A stretch of DNA of 64,000 nucleotides from Podarcis muralis (taxonomy: Eukaryota). Each line of letters starts with the position of its first letter. Position 1 is the first letter of the stretch. The DNA lies in assembly GCF_964188315.1 (NCBI RefSeq), contig NC_135660.1:47244001-47308000 (forward strand). The letters are read 5' to 3'. A model generated the notes under the pieces. That model worked only from the letters and a program-made list of their open reading frames with translations. It made no database searches and was not told the DNA's origin. Both the position numbers and the translations under genes were made by a program. Below, piece after piece: positions 1 through 12,153 of the stretch.

Positions 1-463
1 AAACAGCTCAGGTCTGATGATCGCAACTCTTTCCAGTAGATCTTGCCCCAATGATGCAGTTGTGAGGACTCTAAGGTCCACTAAGGCTCCTCCTGCCCAT
101 GGTCCTTCCCCAGCAACCTGAGGCTCCTTCATCTTGTCTCTCTTTGCTCCACTCTCTTTATTCCAGTGCGGAAGGGAGCTGATCACAGTAGGAGGGGGAG
201 ACTCACTGGCTTCTTCAGCAGCCTGCCTCCACTTCTGCCTCCGGACTGCTCTCTGTCACAGCCTCTTCCTGCTCACTAAACCCTGTTACCCCTTCAGGTT
301 CCAGCACTCCCTCCTCCCCGTCTGCTCCCTCCTCTCCCTCTGACCACTCATTGTTGCCCCACCACCAATTCCCTGGCTTTGAGCCTTCTTACCCTGAGGG
401 GTCCCTTGGGGTCTCCCCAACTGGTGCTTCTCATACTCCTCTGCATCCAGCCAGTCCATGACA
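1..463 (-). mobile_element. Partial LTR-like repeat (purine-rich lizard LTR-retrotransposon LTR), cut by window start
   Basis: Minus strand begins TGTCATGGACTGGCTGGATGCAGAGGAG at 463 and is GA-rich. It resembles lacertid LTR-type repeats as I recall them; no database check was done. Confidence 0.5.
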
Positions 464-1757
464 TCAGTCTTTTCTACTTTGACTGACAATGACTTTCCTG
501 CATTTTCAGATGTGATGTGGTTCTGGGCATCACCTAGTCTATAGAATCTGATGTGTTGGGAAAGATACAGGTTGGATACTGCCTACTGGCAAGTCTATAC
601 TTACAGAATCTGATTGCCAATTGAGACAAATACAAAGGGAGAACAAAAATGCCTAATGGCTTGAATGCTTACCATGCCTAATTGTTGGCAGACTGGGAAT
701 GGCAGTGATTACTGTCAATGCCATTGTCTTTTATAGCAATTAGATTGTGAACCATTGCCTTCAGCTTTTGTGGAATGCCTTTGCTTTACTTCCAGTCATA
801 TCCTGCAAGAGAATTAATACTACTGTCACTCTGCTCCCCATTAAGAAGTAGTTATGGTTTCAGACAGTGGGCATGCTATGAATCTTGTTCAGATAGCAGA
901 GCTACTTATATCTCAGCAGACATTCGTGTTGTGTTTCGCATTATAGTCGTTAGCTTTCCCTTTGCTTCAAGCCACCTATTCTTCAGATACAAAGCAAACA
1001 GTTTGCCATCTGCATGGCAAGTAGCTGCCTAGAACTGAAAACTGATTGCAACCAGTTGCCTGCAGCAGATCAACTGCAAACGTAACTAGGTTTTGTCACT
1101 AGTGATTTGGTTGGCTATTAATACATATAATGCTGCAAGCACTGGAGACACAGCTAGCAGTTCATCATTGGGTCACAACTGGGTTCAGACACAGAAAGCA
1201 ATTGAACTTTCACCCTCTCTGAATTTTTTTTTTTTTAACATGAAATGATGTGTTTGTGGCTGAACAAGAAAAGAAGCATTGTCTGCATGGTTTATGCACT
1301 CTCCCAATGCTGTTTCCAGCTAGAGAGAAAGGAAAAAATGATTTGTGTGGAACATTAAACACGAATTCTAATTGGAGCAGGGAGAGAACTTCCATTGAGA
1401 TGACCACAGGTAGAAAAAGGGACACTGGTGGAACTGACCATGATTGCACAACATCTGATCTGCAAATCTGAACAGAGACTGACACGAACTTAATAAACTC
1501 ATTGTTTTTGATGCCAACCTTGGATTGCAAAACAGGGCTTGCCAATCATCTGGTGACCAGGTTGTGCAGACCTGGAAGATGCTATATGTTAGGGTTAGAC
1601 AGACATTATTTTACCCAGGTTAGATTATTAGTTTGCCCCATGTAACAATTGCCAAAGTTCTGTCTTATGAAAGCTAGCCAGAATCCTGCATTGCAAACAT
1701 TACACCCATGCATGAATGTCCTGTAGTATCAGAATCAAGGCTGAGTGGGTGAACAAA

Positions 1758-1934
1758 GAAAGCTCCTTATACCAAGTTATTGGTCCATCTAGCTCAGAAC
1801 CATTTACACTGACAGGTGTTGTGGTTCCATGGGCTTGCAAGCAGTGGGCATTTCCAGCACTACCTTAAGATGCAGGGATTGAGCCTGAGACCTTCTGCAT
1901 GCAAAGCATGAGTTCCATCGTTAAGCCATGGCCC
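1758..1934 (-). mobile_element. Degenerate tRNA(Ala-like)-headed squamate SINE
   Basis: Minus strand has a tRNA-like head (TTTGCATGCAGAAGGTCTCAGGCTCAATCCC). The + strand carries a GGTCCATCTAGCTCAG motif shared with the copies at 9040 and 61420. Confidence 0.6.
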
Positions 1935-2269
1935 ACCCCAGATGGGCTTCAATCCCATCATCCCAGGTTTAGGAACCCAGTGCCTTATGCATTTGAGGGA
2001 GGGAGAAAGTTAAAATACTTCTTTTCATTGCACATGGGAAATAATATTGTCTGGACCATTTGAATTAGACGTGCAACTAAAATGGTTTACTGGTACACCA
2101 AAAAAAGAAGCATGTTTTGTATCATACATCATATTGTTTAGTATGTCACATTGGTAAAATCACTCAAATCTCAGGATTGGCTTTATTGCTAATATATTGT
2201 TTGAAAAAGTCCAGAGCGTGGTCTTGCCAAAACAGCAACAACAAATTAGGTTTCTATATAGAAAAATGA

Positions 2270-3277
2270 TCACCTCATCTGTCTCCCGAGAAATCTCTAT
2301 GTGGGACACGAAGCTACAGTTAGAACTGGATATGGAACAACTGCTTGGTTCAAAATTAGGAAAGGAGTATGACCAGGCTGTATATTGTCTCCCTGCTTAT
2401 TTAACTTATATGCAGAATTCATAATGCAAAAGGCTGGACTGGATGAATCCCAAGCCAGAATTAAGATTGCCGAAAGAAGTATCAACAACCTCAGATATGC
2501 AGATGACACAACTTTGATGGCAGAAAGTGAGGAGGAATTAAAGAACTTCTTAATGAGGGTGAAAGAGGAGAGTGTAAAATATGGTCTGAAGCTCAACCTC
2601 AAAAAAACTAAGATCATGGCCACTGGTCCCATCACCTCCTGGCAAATAGAAGGGGAAGAAATGGAGGCAGTGAGAGGTTTTACTTTTTTGGGCTCCATGA
2701 TCACTGCAGATGGTGACAGCAATCACAAAATTAAAAGACGCCTGCTTCTTGGGAGAAAAGCAATGACAAACCTAGACAGCATCTTAAAAAGCAGAGACAT
2801 CACCTTGCCAACAAAGGTCCGTATAATTAAAGCTATTGTTTTCCCAGTAGTGATGTATGGAAGTGAGAGCTGGACCATAAAGAAGGCTGATCGCTGAAGA
2901 ATTGATGCTTTTGAATTATGGTTCTGGAAGAGACTCTTGAGAGTCCCATGGACCGCAAGAAGATCAAACCTATCCATTCTGAAGGAAATAAGCCCTGAGT
3001 GCTCACTGGAAGGACAGATCCTAAAGCTTAGGCTCCAACACTTTGGCTAGCTCATGAGAAGAGAAGACTCCCTGGAAAAGACCCTGATGTTGTGAAAGAT
3101 TGACGGCACAAGGAGAAGAGGAAAACAGAGGACGAGATGGTTGGACAGTGTTCTCAAAGCTACCAACATGAGTTTGACCAAACTGCGGGAGGCAGTGGAA
3201 GACAGGAGTGCCTGGCGTGCTCTGGTCCATGGGGTCACGAAGAGTCGGACACGACTAAACGACTAAACAACAACAAC
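2270..3277 (+). mobile_element. 5'-truncated BovB (RTE-clade) LINE, RT C-terminal part plus 3' end
   Basis: ORF 2385-2897 contains SPCLFNLYAE, INNLRYADDTTLMAESEEEL and FTFLGSMITADGD. A premature TGA follows CGC (probable CpG decay). The element ends in a (CAA)n tail and has a 12-bp TSD ATAGAAAAATGA at 2258-2269 and 3278-3289. Confidence 0.95.
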
Positions 3278-5731
3278 ATAGAAAAATGAGACTGCTGCAG
3301 TCTCAATACAAAAAGCTGATATTCCACATTAATGAATAGTTCAGGTTTTGTGACCTGTTGTCCCACGTGTCTATCTGTGTGCATGTGCTGCAGTTGAAAG
3401 AACAGACTGGAATCAGCTGTGACATCTTCCTGCTGTGCAAAGCTACGTTGAATCAAAGCCGCCTGTTTAAAAACAAGTGCTGGGAATGCTAAGAGCCAAC
3501 CTTCCCCTTCTCAATTAGAACGATTAACGTTCTGCATTGCTGTTGATTCCAATTGCAAGGAGAAAACAGAGAGCAACTTGTTATCTCTCAAGTCTCTACT
3601 CTCACCCCAGAACACATGCCTCATCTGTATTGATTCTCTCTTTAGCACATTAATTGTGATTCTCTGTTTTCATGTCCTACTAAAATTAAACCCTTTCAGT
3701 GAGAAATTGAATGTACTTTTGGTATGTTCAGATCTTTATTAGATCTTTAATTCATCCATAAAGAAAAGGTCAGGTTCCATTCTTTCCAGCATTTGGGGGA
3801 TAGGCAGTTTCAGATAAAATGAAAAAAGTAAGTAGTTAATAAATAATAAGGAGAACAAGATAGTCATTGAGAATAATTTAAATCCATGAACTGAGCTGCC
3901 CAATTTTTGTAGGATACCACTGCATTAAAACAGGATCACAAGGGACATGGCTTACAACCCACAAAGCTGCTGTGAGATCTGGAGCTGAGCAGTTTTCTGT
4001 CAATTACATCTGCTGCACCATTATACTCCCTGCTTGCCTTTTCAGGGGACAGGGATTTCACCACATTGATTTCCATTTTTGCAGCTTCCAGGCTTAAGAG
4101 ACATGGATTACTGGAGTGGGGGGTGGGAGCATCACCACTTACCACCACCAGGGAGGCATCCATGACATGTGCCCCATGTTCCAGGAGCACAGTCTGAACC
4201 CTTCTGTATCTAGTGTTGCCTAAGTTTCCCTTTCATCCAGCCCGAACCTTACCCAGCCTGAGTCCCATCTTGCTTTGCAGAAGAGGATGCTTGGAGCCCC
4301 AAAAATGTTGTGTTGTGATAGCCAGGCCTGACATTTTGTCAGATGGATTATTGAAAAATCCCATCCAACGTTCTTTCTTTGTCATGGTTCGCTATTCAGG
4401 AACCCAATGTGTTATCATATCATACTACTCTCAGCAGTTTGACTCAACTGAATGCAGTGCAGCAGATCTGGATCAAAGCCTATGGATTTCAGCAGCCTTA
4501 TTTGCATAAGTAAAATGAGCAAGACCAGCCTTTTCTTTGCTTCTCCTTCATTTGCCCTATTTGTCCTGAGTCCAGGGAGCCATCTCTGACTGTTTGAATA
4601 AGGTTATTTGAAATCTTCTAGATTTCAGGGGCATAGCATCACCTCTTAAAACCTTTTCAAATTTACCCTTAGCTGATTTTGGTATCTATGGGCCACATGC
4701 GTAAGTTAGTCTAAAGGGGGGGGGGGACTGAATTTTACTTGAATAAAATATTTAAATACAATAAAATAGATGCAGGAAGGCTCATGATTAAATTAAATGA
4801 TTTTTTTCAGACAGTAGACATGTCCATTCCAGCTATCCAAAGAAATGAGGGGAAATTAAACAACTTTTGAATTACATATGAATTAGAATTTTTAACCTAC
4901 CAATATTGCCCATTAGATTTTTCTGCATATGAAATAAAATGTGATGTTTAAACAGCCAGCAGAGAGTACCTTTTTATAAAGGTTGCTATCAATCAAATAC
5001 CAGGTTAGAAAGCCATTTCTCTCGGCTTTTCCTCCACCTTTTCCTTTCAAACTCCTTGCAATCATTTAGTTTTAATAACTCTCTTCATAACCTTCAACTT
5101 ATTTCATATGAAATGGGAAACCTGGCAAAATATCCTAAACAAATTAAATGCAACCTATTCTTTGACATGCAAAATGGATTTTAGATTTGCCCTGGTGAGG
5201 TCTTATGTTTCATTATTATTAAAAATGTCAGCAATATTTTGCCTGCTGGGAGCATAGCTTTTCCTCTTCTTTTTTCCAATCTTACTCCAAGCCCTTTATT
5301 ACATATTTTACCATTCACATCAGCATAGACTAATAGCTATTTTGTTTTCATTTTTAACCAATTTTGAAGCCCCTGCTATCACTTGCTTAAATGTTTTTGC
5401 TCAAGTTAAATTTCAGCCGGGTGTAAAAGAATTAAATGAGACATTATATTAAAAAGTCTATGATTGCAGTCTGTAAACCAGGTAAACTGAAATACTTAGT
5501 TTTTAGGTTATGGGATTAAATAAACTGAAATCTTAGTATTCCAGTTTAACTAATGCTTCAGCCAGGGTGTAATGTTCTATTGTGTGAACTGGGTTAACTG
5601 GAAAAGTGAAAAGAAAGCCCATAGGCAAATATTTACTTCTATGGGCCTGGAGCATATTTTGTTTTGTTCCCAGAAGACCTCTAGAGATGTTCCCAGAACC
5701 ATAAATTACCTTCTTTTCTTTTCATTTTTAG

Positions 5732-5775
5732 GAAAGAAAATTGCTTTCCAAAATACAAGGGCTAGATGAATCATG
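5732..5775 (+). CDS. Candidate 44-nt exon (ERKLLSKIQGLDES, phase 0 to 2), host gene unknown
   Basis: Strong pyrimidine tract cttcttttcttttcatttttAG. Donor is TG|GTATTT. Only one frame is open. No homology recognised. Confidence 0.2.
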
Positions 5776-6056
5776 GTATTTCTAGTGCATGTGTTCCCTC
5801 TTTTCCATCTGGTTCCATCTGAGTTTGTTTTTGATAATGAGGTTCTTAAGTTGCCGCATTGGGGGGGGAAGTGGTGACCAGACAGGACTCAGGAGGCTAA
5901 AATCTGATTGGAAAGATTTATTTTAATCATATCAGCAGACCAGTGAATGCATTTCATTTTATGAAATATACAACCATAAAAATATCAAACAGAAATCAAC
6001 AGCACATGATACATGAATAAATCTTGGAGAAAGGAGAAATAAAGAATATTATACAA

Positions 6057-7279
6057 TATAATAATAATTTATTATTTGTACCCCGCCCATCTGGCTGGGT
6101 TTCCCCAGCCACTCTGGGCGGCTTCCATAGAAACCAAAAAACACTAAAATATCATACATTAAAAACTTCCCTGAACAGGGCTGCCTTAAGATGTCTTTTG
6201 AATGTCAGGTAGTTGTTTATCGTTTTGACATCTGATGGGAGGGCGTTCCACAGGGCAGGCGCCACTACCGAAAAGGCCCTCTGCCTGGTTCCCTGTAGCT
6301 TTGCTTCTCGCAATGAGGGAACCGCCAGAAGGCCCTCGGCGCTGGACCTCAGCATCCGGGCAGAACGATGGGGGTGGAGACGCTCCTTCAGGTATACTGG
6401 GCCGAGGCCGTTTAGGGCTTTAAAGGTCAACACCAGCACTTTGAATTGTGCTCGGAGACGTACTGGGAGCCAATGTAGGTCTTTCAAGACCGGTGTTATG
6501 TCTCGGTGGCCGCCCCCAGTCACCAGTCTAGCTGCCGCATTCTGGATTAGCTGTAGTTTCCGAGTCACCTTCAAAGGTAGCCCCACGTAGAGCGCATTGC
6601 AGTAGTCCAAGCGGGAGATAACTAGAGCATGCACCACTCTGGCGAGACAGTCCGCGGGCAGGTAGGGTCTCAGCCTGCGTACCAGGTGGAGTTGGTAGAC
6701 AGCTGCCCTGGATACAGAATTGACCTGCGCCTCCATGGACAGCTGTGAGTCCAAAATGACTCCCAGGCTACGCACCTGGTCCTTCAGGGGCACAGTTACC
6801 CTATTCAGGACCAGGGAGTCCTCCACACCAGCCCGCCCCGTGTCCCCCAAAAACAGTACTTCTGTCTTGTCAGGATTCAGCTTCAATCCATTAGCCGCCA
6901 TCCATCCTCCAACCGCCTCCAGGCACTCACACAGGACCTTCACCGCCTTCACTGGTTCTGATTTGAAAGAGAGGTAGAGCTGGGTATCATCTGCATATTG
7001 ATGGACACCCAGTCCAAACCCCCTGATGATCTCTCCCAGCGGCTTCATATAGATGTTGAAAAGCATGGGGGAGAGGACAGAACCCTGAGGCACCCCACAA
7101 GTGAGAGCCCAGGGGTCTGAACACTCATCCCCCACCACCACTTTCTGAACACGGCCCAGGAGGAAGGAGCGAAACCACTGTATAACAGTGCCCCCAGCTC
7201 CCAACCCCTCTAGACGGTCCAGAAGGATGTTATGGTCGATTGTATCAAAGGCCGCTGAGAGATCCAGCAGAACTAGGAA
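6057..7279 (-). mobile_element. Young 5'-truncated L2-clade LINE with uninterrupted RT ORF
   Basis: Frame is open from 7279 to the stop at 6152 (about 375 aa): LLDLSAAFDTIDH, GVPQGSVLSP, QYADDTQLY, SRLDYCN, LHWLP. The 3' UTR GGCTGGGGAAACCCAGCCAGATGGGCGGGG is followed by an ATT-type tail. Confidence 0.95.
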
Positions 7280-7659
7280 ACAAGCAAATAATGATTACAT
7301 TAAAAAGTAAATTGAATATGAATATGCAAGTTAACTATTAAGCTTAACTCTATGCAGAAGAGCAATACAGGATAGATAAGGATTGTGGTGTGCATGAGTA
7401 CGCCACTTCCTGAGCTAGTGGTTGGAATGCACTGGATGTGGAGTAAATGGGATTGTGTACATAGTCTTGGAGCTGCTAATAGGACCCTGGTACATGATCT
7501 CAGCTTGTCTAAGCTTTGCCAAGCCTTCTGTTCTCATTTTCCAGCACAGGGGACATGCAAACAGAGACATTTCTGACATTAAAGTAGACATTCAGACCTG
7601 CATAAACAATGAAACAGAGTCCTCTTGACCGCAGTCTGCTTCTATTCCATTACACAGCT

Positions 7660-7940
7660 TCTAGGCATGATCACCAGCACCATGCATGCAGAATCACCCC
7701 TCAAAATGACCCCCACAACAGTTTGTAATATTCACTTTGAAATATGTGCTTTAAACACATTTTCCCCCTAAAAATATACATTTAAAAACACATTTTGATA
7801 TTTTTGACATTTTGAGCCAAGAAGTGCACTGAAATATTCAGAAAGTGCAAAAACGTAGTTTACCCTCAATTCACGCATCAATACAGGTGATGTGTACAGG
7901 CCGATTTGCAGTAGAATGGGCACATAACAAATTTCTCAAT
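7660..7940. repeat. AT-rich interspersed repeat (unclassified, probably non-autonomous DNA transposon)
   Basis: AAGAAGTGCACTGAAATATTCAGAAAGTG matches the reverse complement of CACTTCTCTGAATTTTGCAGTGCAGTTCT in the copy at 45830-47025. Confidence 0.45.
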
Positions 7941-8049
7941 TATCCCTATGAAAAACAAACAGATGAGGCATCAAAATCGAAAATTATTTTATGCATTCAT
8001 TGATTAAACTTTTCTCCTGTCCTTCCTCATAAAAGACGCCAGGGTGTCA

Positions 8050-8640
8050 AAACACAACAGTGCTGAAACCAATTTTTTAAGCATAAAGGCAGGTTTAAAG
8101 AACTTAAAAACAATGTTAAAGTTCTAAAACATTTTTAAAAGGTTAAAAACATCTACAGACATACGCTCTCTGTTAATAATGTCAAGGTTGCTAGGAGCTG
8201 TATCTTTCAGCCATCAAATGGCTGGGTACCCAGAAATGTTTTAAATTCCTCCTGAAAGTCGATAATGAGGGAGACAGATGCCCTTCACCAGGAAGGCCAT
8301 TCCACAAATGAAGAACCACCACTGAGCAAGCCATGAAATGGTACAATGCCAACCAGGTAGCACCCAGTGGTGGCCCCACCAACAAGACCTCACCTGCCAA
8401 TAGCAAGGCCCAAGATGATTGACACTGGGGAAGGTCCCAAGCTGTTTAGGGCTTTGTACATTAGTATTAACACCTGGATGTAGGTCCAGTATCTCATTGG
8501 GAGCCAATGCAGTGCTCTTAGGATCAGTGGTCATCATCCTGCCAGGCTGCCCCACTTCCCAACCTAACAGTTACTTTTGCAGCAGATGCAGCCTCTGGAC
8601 CATATTCAAGGGCAGCTCCACATGGAGTATAGTGTTAAAA
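8050..8640 (-). mobile_element. Old, degenerate L2 LINE 3' fragment
   Basis: Decayed versions of motifs seen in the young L2: ccattccacaaa, gggagccaatgcag, gcagcctctggacc, ttcaagggcagctccac. The reading frame is broken. Confidence 0.65.
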
Positions 8641-8804
8641 ATTTAGGAAAGCCACCACACACACAGGAGAAACCAATGAAGATGGCTGCTGATAAAATTG
8701 TGCAAGCATTTTTGTTCAGCGGTTACTGGCTTCCTCCTGCAAAATCCTCTGTGAGGTCTAACTGAAACTGAGCTACTGCTGGAAAGTCTAGCAGTGTGCA
8801 TGCA

Positions 8805-8810
<6 letters not shown>

Positions 8811-8892
<82 letters not shown>
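8811..8892. repeat. Compound microsatellite (CT)25(CA)16
   Basis: Read directly from the sequence. Confidence 0.97.
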
Positions 8893-8895
<3 letters not shown>

Positions 8896-9039
8896 GATAT
8901 TGCATCCTTTGAAGAAATACCTGCTAGAGAGTTGCTATACGTAGCTGATCACAGAGTCCATGACACACAACTGCAATGGAGACACACTGCAGCTGTGGAC
9001 ATAGTCACAATGCACTGTAATTTTACAGCCTCAGCTGGG

Positions 9040-9182
9040 GATCAGGAGATTGGTCTATCTAGCTCAGTGTTGTCCAAACAGATTGGCAGAAGCTCACCAG
9101 GGTTTCAGACCAGAGTCTTTCACTACCTACCTGAAGATGCCAGAGATTCAATCTGTGACCTTTTGGATACAGAGCATGTGCA
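9040..9182 (-). mobile_element. Degenerate tRNA(Ala-like)-headed SINE
   Basis: ggtctatctagctcagtgttgtc...ctacctgaagatgccagagattcaatc; same family as 1758 and 61420. Confidence 0.55.
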
Positions 9183-9589
9183 GGAAATAATTCATCCATT
9201 GATCAGTGTAATCAGTGTAAAGTTGTTGGAAGCCAGGTGACAGTTGGATAAGACTTTTAAAAAATACAGTACTTTTATTCTTATAACAAAAAAGGAGGGG
9301 CCCTTCCCTTAAAAACCCAAGAGCTTTGTAAAAGAATAAGCTGCTCTTCTTCCCCCAAACCAGTTCTACGTTATTTTGCTCCAACCTTGACTGTTTTTCT
9401 TTGAATTAACTATGTTTCCCTGAGAGTTCCCTTTGATCTTCTTATGAAGTCTGTGATGCAGCAAGTTCACGTTCATGAACAACAAGCTGGGGAAATGATT
9501 TTCATCTTTGTTTACTACCATATCTGTAAAAATAACAGCAAGCACTTTGTGCCACAAGGAAGAAGAGGTCGTGTTTGGACCATCCTTGA

Positions 9590-9990
9590 ACTCTGAGAGA
9601 TGTGTTCTGTTTCCTGAGTTGGCATCAGGTTTGGATTTGAAGGCTCTGACACAGGAGGAAGAAGAAATGTAGGTGACTGAATGGTGGAAACCTGGGTTGG
9701 AAGAAGGGTGTCTCCTCTTTGCACCCTGACTTCAGCAGCTTTGCAAGGAGGAGCAGGGATGCTGGCCCCACCCCATGACCTTCCTGCAGAGTCGAGATCC
9801 TCCATGGAGGATGGGGAGGGCTTTGAGCAGATGAGCACGGAAGCAGAACAGTTAGCAGCAGGGAATCATGAAGAGCCTGAACAGGAAGGTGCAGTTGTCA
9901 CCTAGAACCACACACTGTCTTCACAGATGGGTGCTGACCCACACACCCTGATGGAGTGTGCATTTGCAGTCCTGACATTCCTGCACGGCA
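9590..9990 (+). mobile_element. Possible degenerate LTR-like GA-rich repeat
   Basis: Composition and style resemble the element at 1-463. No clear TG..CA ends or TSD. Confidence 0.25.
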
Positions 9991-10254
9991 AGCAAGTCTC
10001 TCCAGTGAATGCCTCACACCTCCCCTTTCAAAATTTGGTGGAAGGTGCATGGAAAGTTGTTGGGACATCTTTATCACTTCTGACCAGTTGAACTTCTTGC
10101 CCTACTCCTGAACATGACTTCTGAGCCCTGTGTTTGTTGCTGAGCCTCCTCTGCTTTGTGAGTTAGGGGTGGGGGGAGAAGCCAATATAGTCTGAAACAT
10201 CTGGAGGTTGAGGAGGATTGGGCTAGCACCCTTTGAGCTGCAAAACAGCATCAT

Positions 10255-10616
10255 AAAGGTAAAGGTACCCCTGCCCATACGGGCCAGTCGTGTCCGACTC
10301 TGGGGTTGCATGCTCATCTCGCTTAAGAGGCCGGGAGCCAGCGCTGTCCGAAGACACTTCCGGGTCACGTGGCCAGCGTGACGAAGCTGCTCTGGCGAGC
10401 CAGCACCAGCGCAGCGCATGGAAACGCCATTACCTTCCCGCTATAAAGCGGTACCTATTTATCTACTTGCACTTGGGGGTGCTTTCAAACTGCTAGGTGG
10501 GCAGGAGCTGGGACCGAACGACGGGAGCTCACCCCACCGCGGGGATTTGAACCGCCGACCATGCGATCAGCAAGTCCTAGGCACTGAGGTTTTACCCACA
10601 GCGCCACCAGCGTCCC
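10255..10616 (-). mobile_element. Full-length Sauria SINE
   Basis: Minus strand starts GGGACGCTGGTGGCGCTGTGGG (A-box) and has GGTTCAAATCC (B-box-like), the typical body and an ACCTTT tail. Flanked by near-identical 26-bp repeats at 10229-10254 and 10615-10640. Confidence 0.93.
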
Positions 10617-10640
10617 CTTTGAGCTCCAAAACAGCTTCAT

Positions 10641-10734
10641 AAAGGTAAAGGTAAAGGTACCCCTGCCCGTATGGGCCAGTCGTGTCCGACTCTGGGGTTG
10701 CGTGCTCATCTCGCTTAAGAGGCCGGGAGCCAGC
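10641..10734 (-). mobile_element. 3' fragment of a second Sauria SINE in tandem
   Basis: Nearly identical to 10255-10350, including the (AAAGGT)n tail. Confidence 0.9.
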
Positions 10735-11048
10735 AAAACAAAATAGTACATACACTGTACTATTTTGTTTGCCCAATGGGCAAATTAGCATACAGTGATA
10801 CAGGGATACTTCAGTTCTAACATTCTGCATTGTGATGCCAATGTTTTGGTTTTTTTTTAATGGCTGAACTCATATTAAATGAAGCATTCAGTGCTCATAC
10901 AATTAAGGGGAAGGGGTGGCCACCAGTAATTATCCTGTTTACCTCCAGAACCTTCTGTACCAGCACGTTCTTCACCAGCAGGTTTTGAATTTCTGCTGTA
11001 GGAGCTCTTGCTACCTTGAGCAAAGAAGCTAGTTTTGGGGGAGGCACT

Positions 11049-11049
<1 letters not shown>

Positions 11050-11089
<40 letters not shown>
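11050..11089. repeat. (GT)20 microsatellite
   Basis: Read directly from the sequence. Confidence 0.97.
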
Positions 11090-11091
<2 letters not shown>

Positions 11092-11798
11092 CAGATCAGA
11101 CTTGATAATGAAGATAAACACAATCCCACGCCAAGTGAAAGAGCACCTGACGCTTCACGCTGTCAATCAACACAGCAGAGAGTTTCTCACTACACTGGAG
11201 AAACATAGCAGGAGGGTGAAAGACTGCTGGGTACCAGCCTATTAAAAATGTTGTATAAAACTAGCTTCTCCTTGCAGTCTTACAATGCAGCTAAGTTGGC
11301 ATACAACCAAGTGAGCAAAGGCAGCTTGCTTTGCCACCCAGCCTTACCAACATTTTTACATAATGCTCAAGCCAGTTTAAAAAGTATGAGACAACCCTCG
11401 TTCTGTGTGTGTGTTTTTTACAGAACTGTCAAGTATTGGTGGCCCTTAAATACCATAAGAAACTGTTCTTTAGAGTTGGCGGGTACTGTCAATGTAATTC
11501 TCAGAGAGTGAAGAACTAGGGGTTCTGACTCCACTGGCCAACCCCACCAACACTCACCCCACATTAATCCCCCAGAGCTTCCCTTTCCCACCCCACTAAT
11601 CCTACTTTTCACATTCTCAACTATTTTTTTGAAGCCACTTCTCTCTTCTATTCTGCGGCCCCACTTTGCACCCTTATTCTCATCGTCTCTCCCACATCTG
11701 TGCCTCTTCTGCTGCTGCTTTAGTGTAAATCTCCCCTCCTTGCATGCAGACTACCCCTATGGTAACCTCCTGAATCTTCCACCCACAAAATGCAAGTA

Positions 11799-12153
11799 TC
11801 GTATATACTTGAGTATAAGCCGACCCGAATATAAGCCAAGGCACCTAATTTTACCACACAAAAACTGGGAAAACTTATTGACTTGAGTATAAGCCTAGGG
11901 TGGCAAAGGCGGAGGAGGAGGAAGGAGCAGCCCAAAAGGACTGTTTTCGGGCTGCTCGTTCCTCCTCCTCTGCCAACAACAGCCTCTGCCACTCACAAGG
12001 GCAGGCACAGGAGCCATGTTTGGCAGAGCAGCGGTGGCACAAGTGGCGGCACCAAACAGTAAGTGGGACCCTCACTCGAGTATAAGCCGAGGGTGGCATT
12101 TTCAGCATAAAAAATATGCTGGAAAAAGTGAGCTTATACATGAGTATATACGG
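11799..12153. mobile_element. Tc1/mariner-superfamily MITE (Tc2/pogo-like TIR)
   Basis: TIRs tcgtatatacttgagtataagc and agcttatacatgagtatatacgg, with TA on both sides (11797-11798, 12154-12155) and internal repeats of GAGTATAAGCC. Confidence 0.85.

Noticed and set aside
3936-4190. Minus ORF containing LLEHGAHV (ankyrin-like)
   Set aside because: No TPLH or other ankyrin context, no credible acceptor, and a stop shortly upstream in frame. Probably chance.
8643-9240. Long ORFs on both strands
   Set aside because: They are produced by the (CT)(CA) microsatellite and an adjacent SINE.
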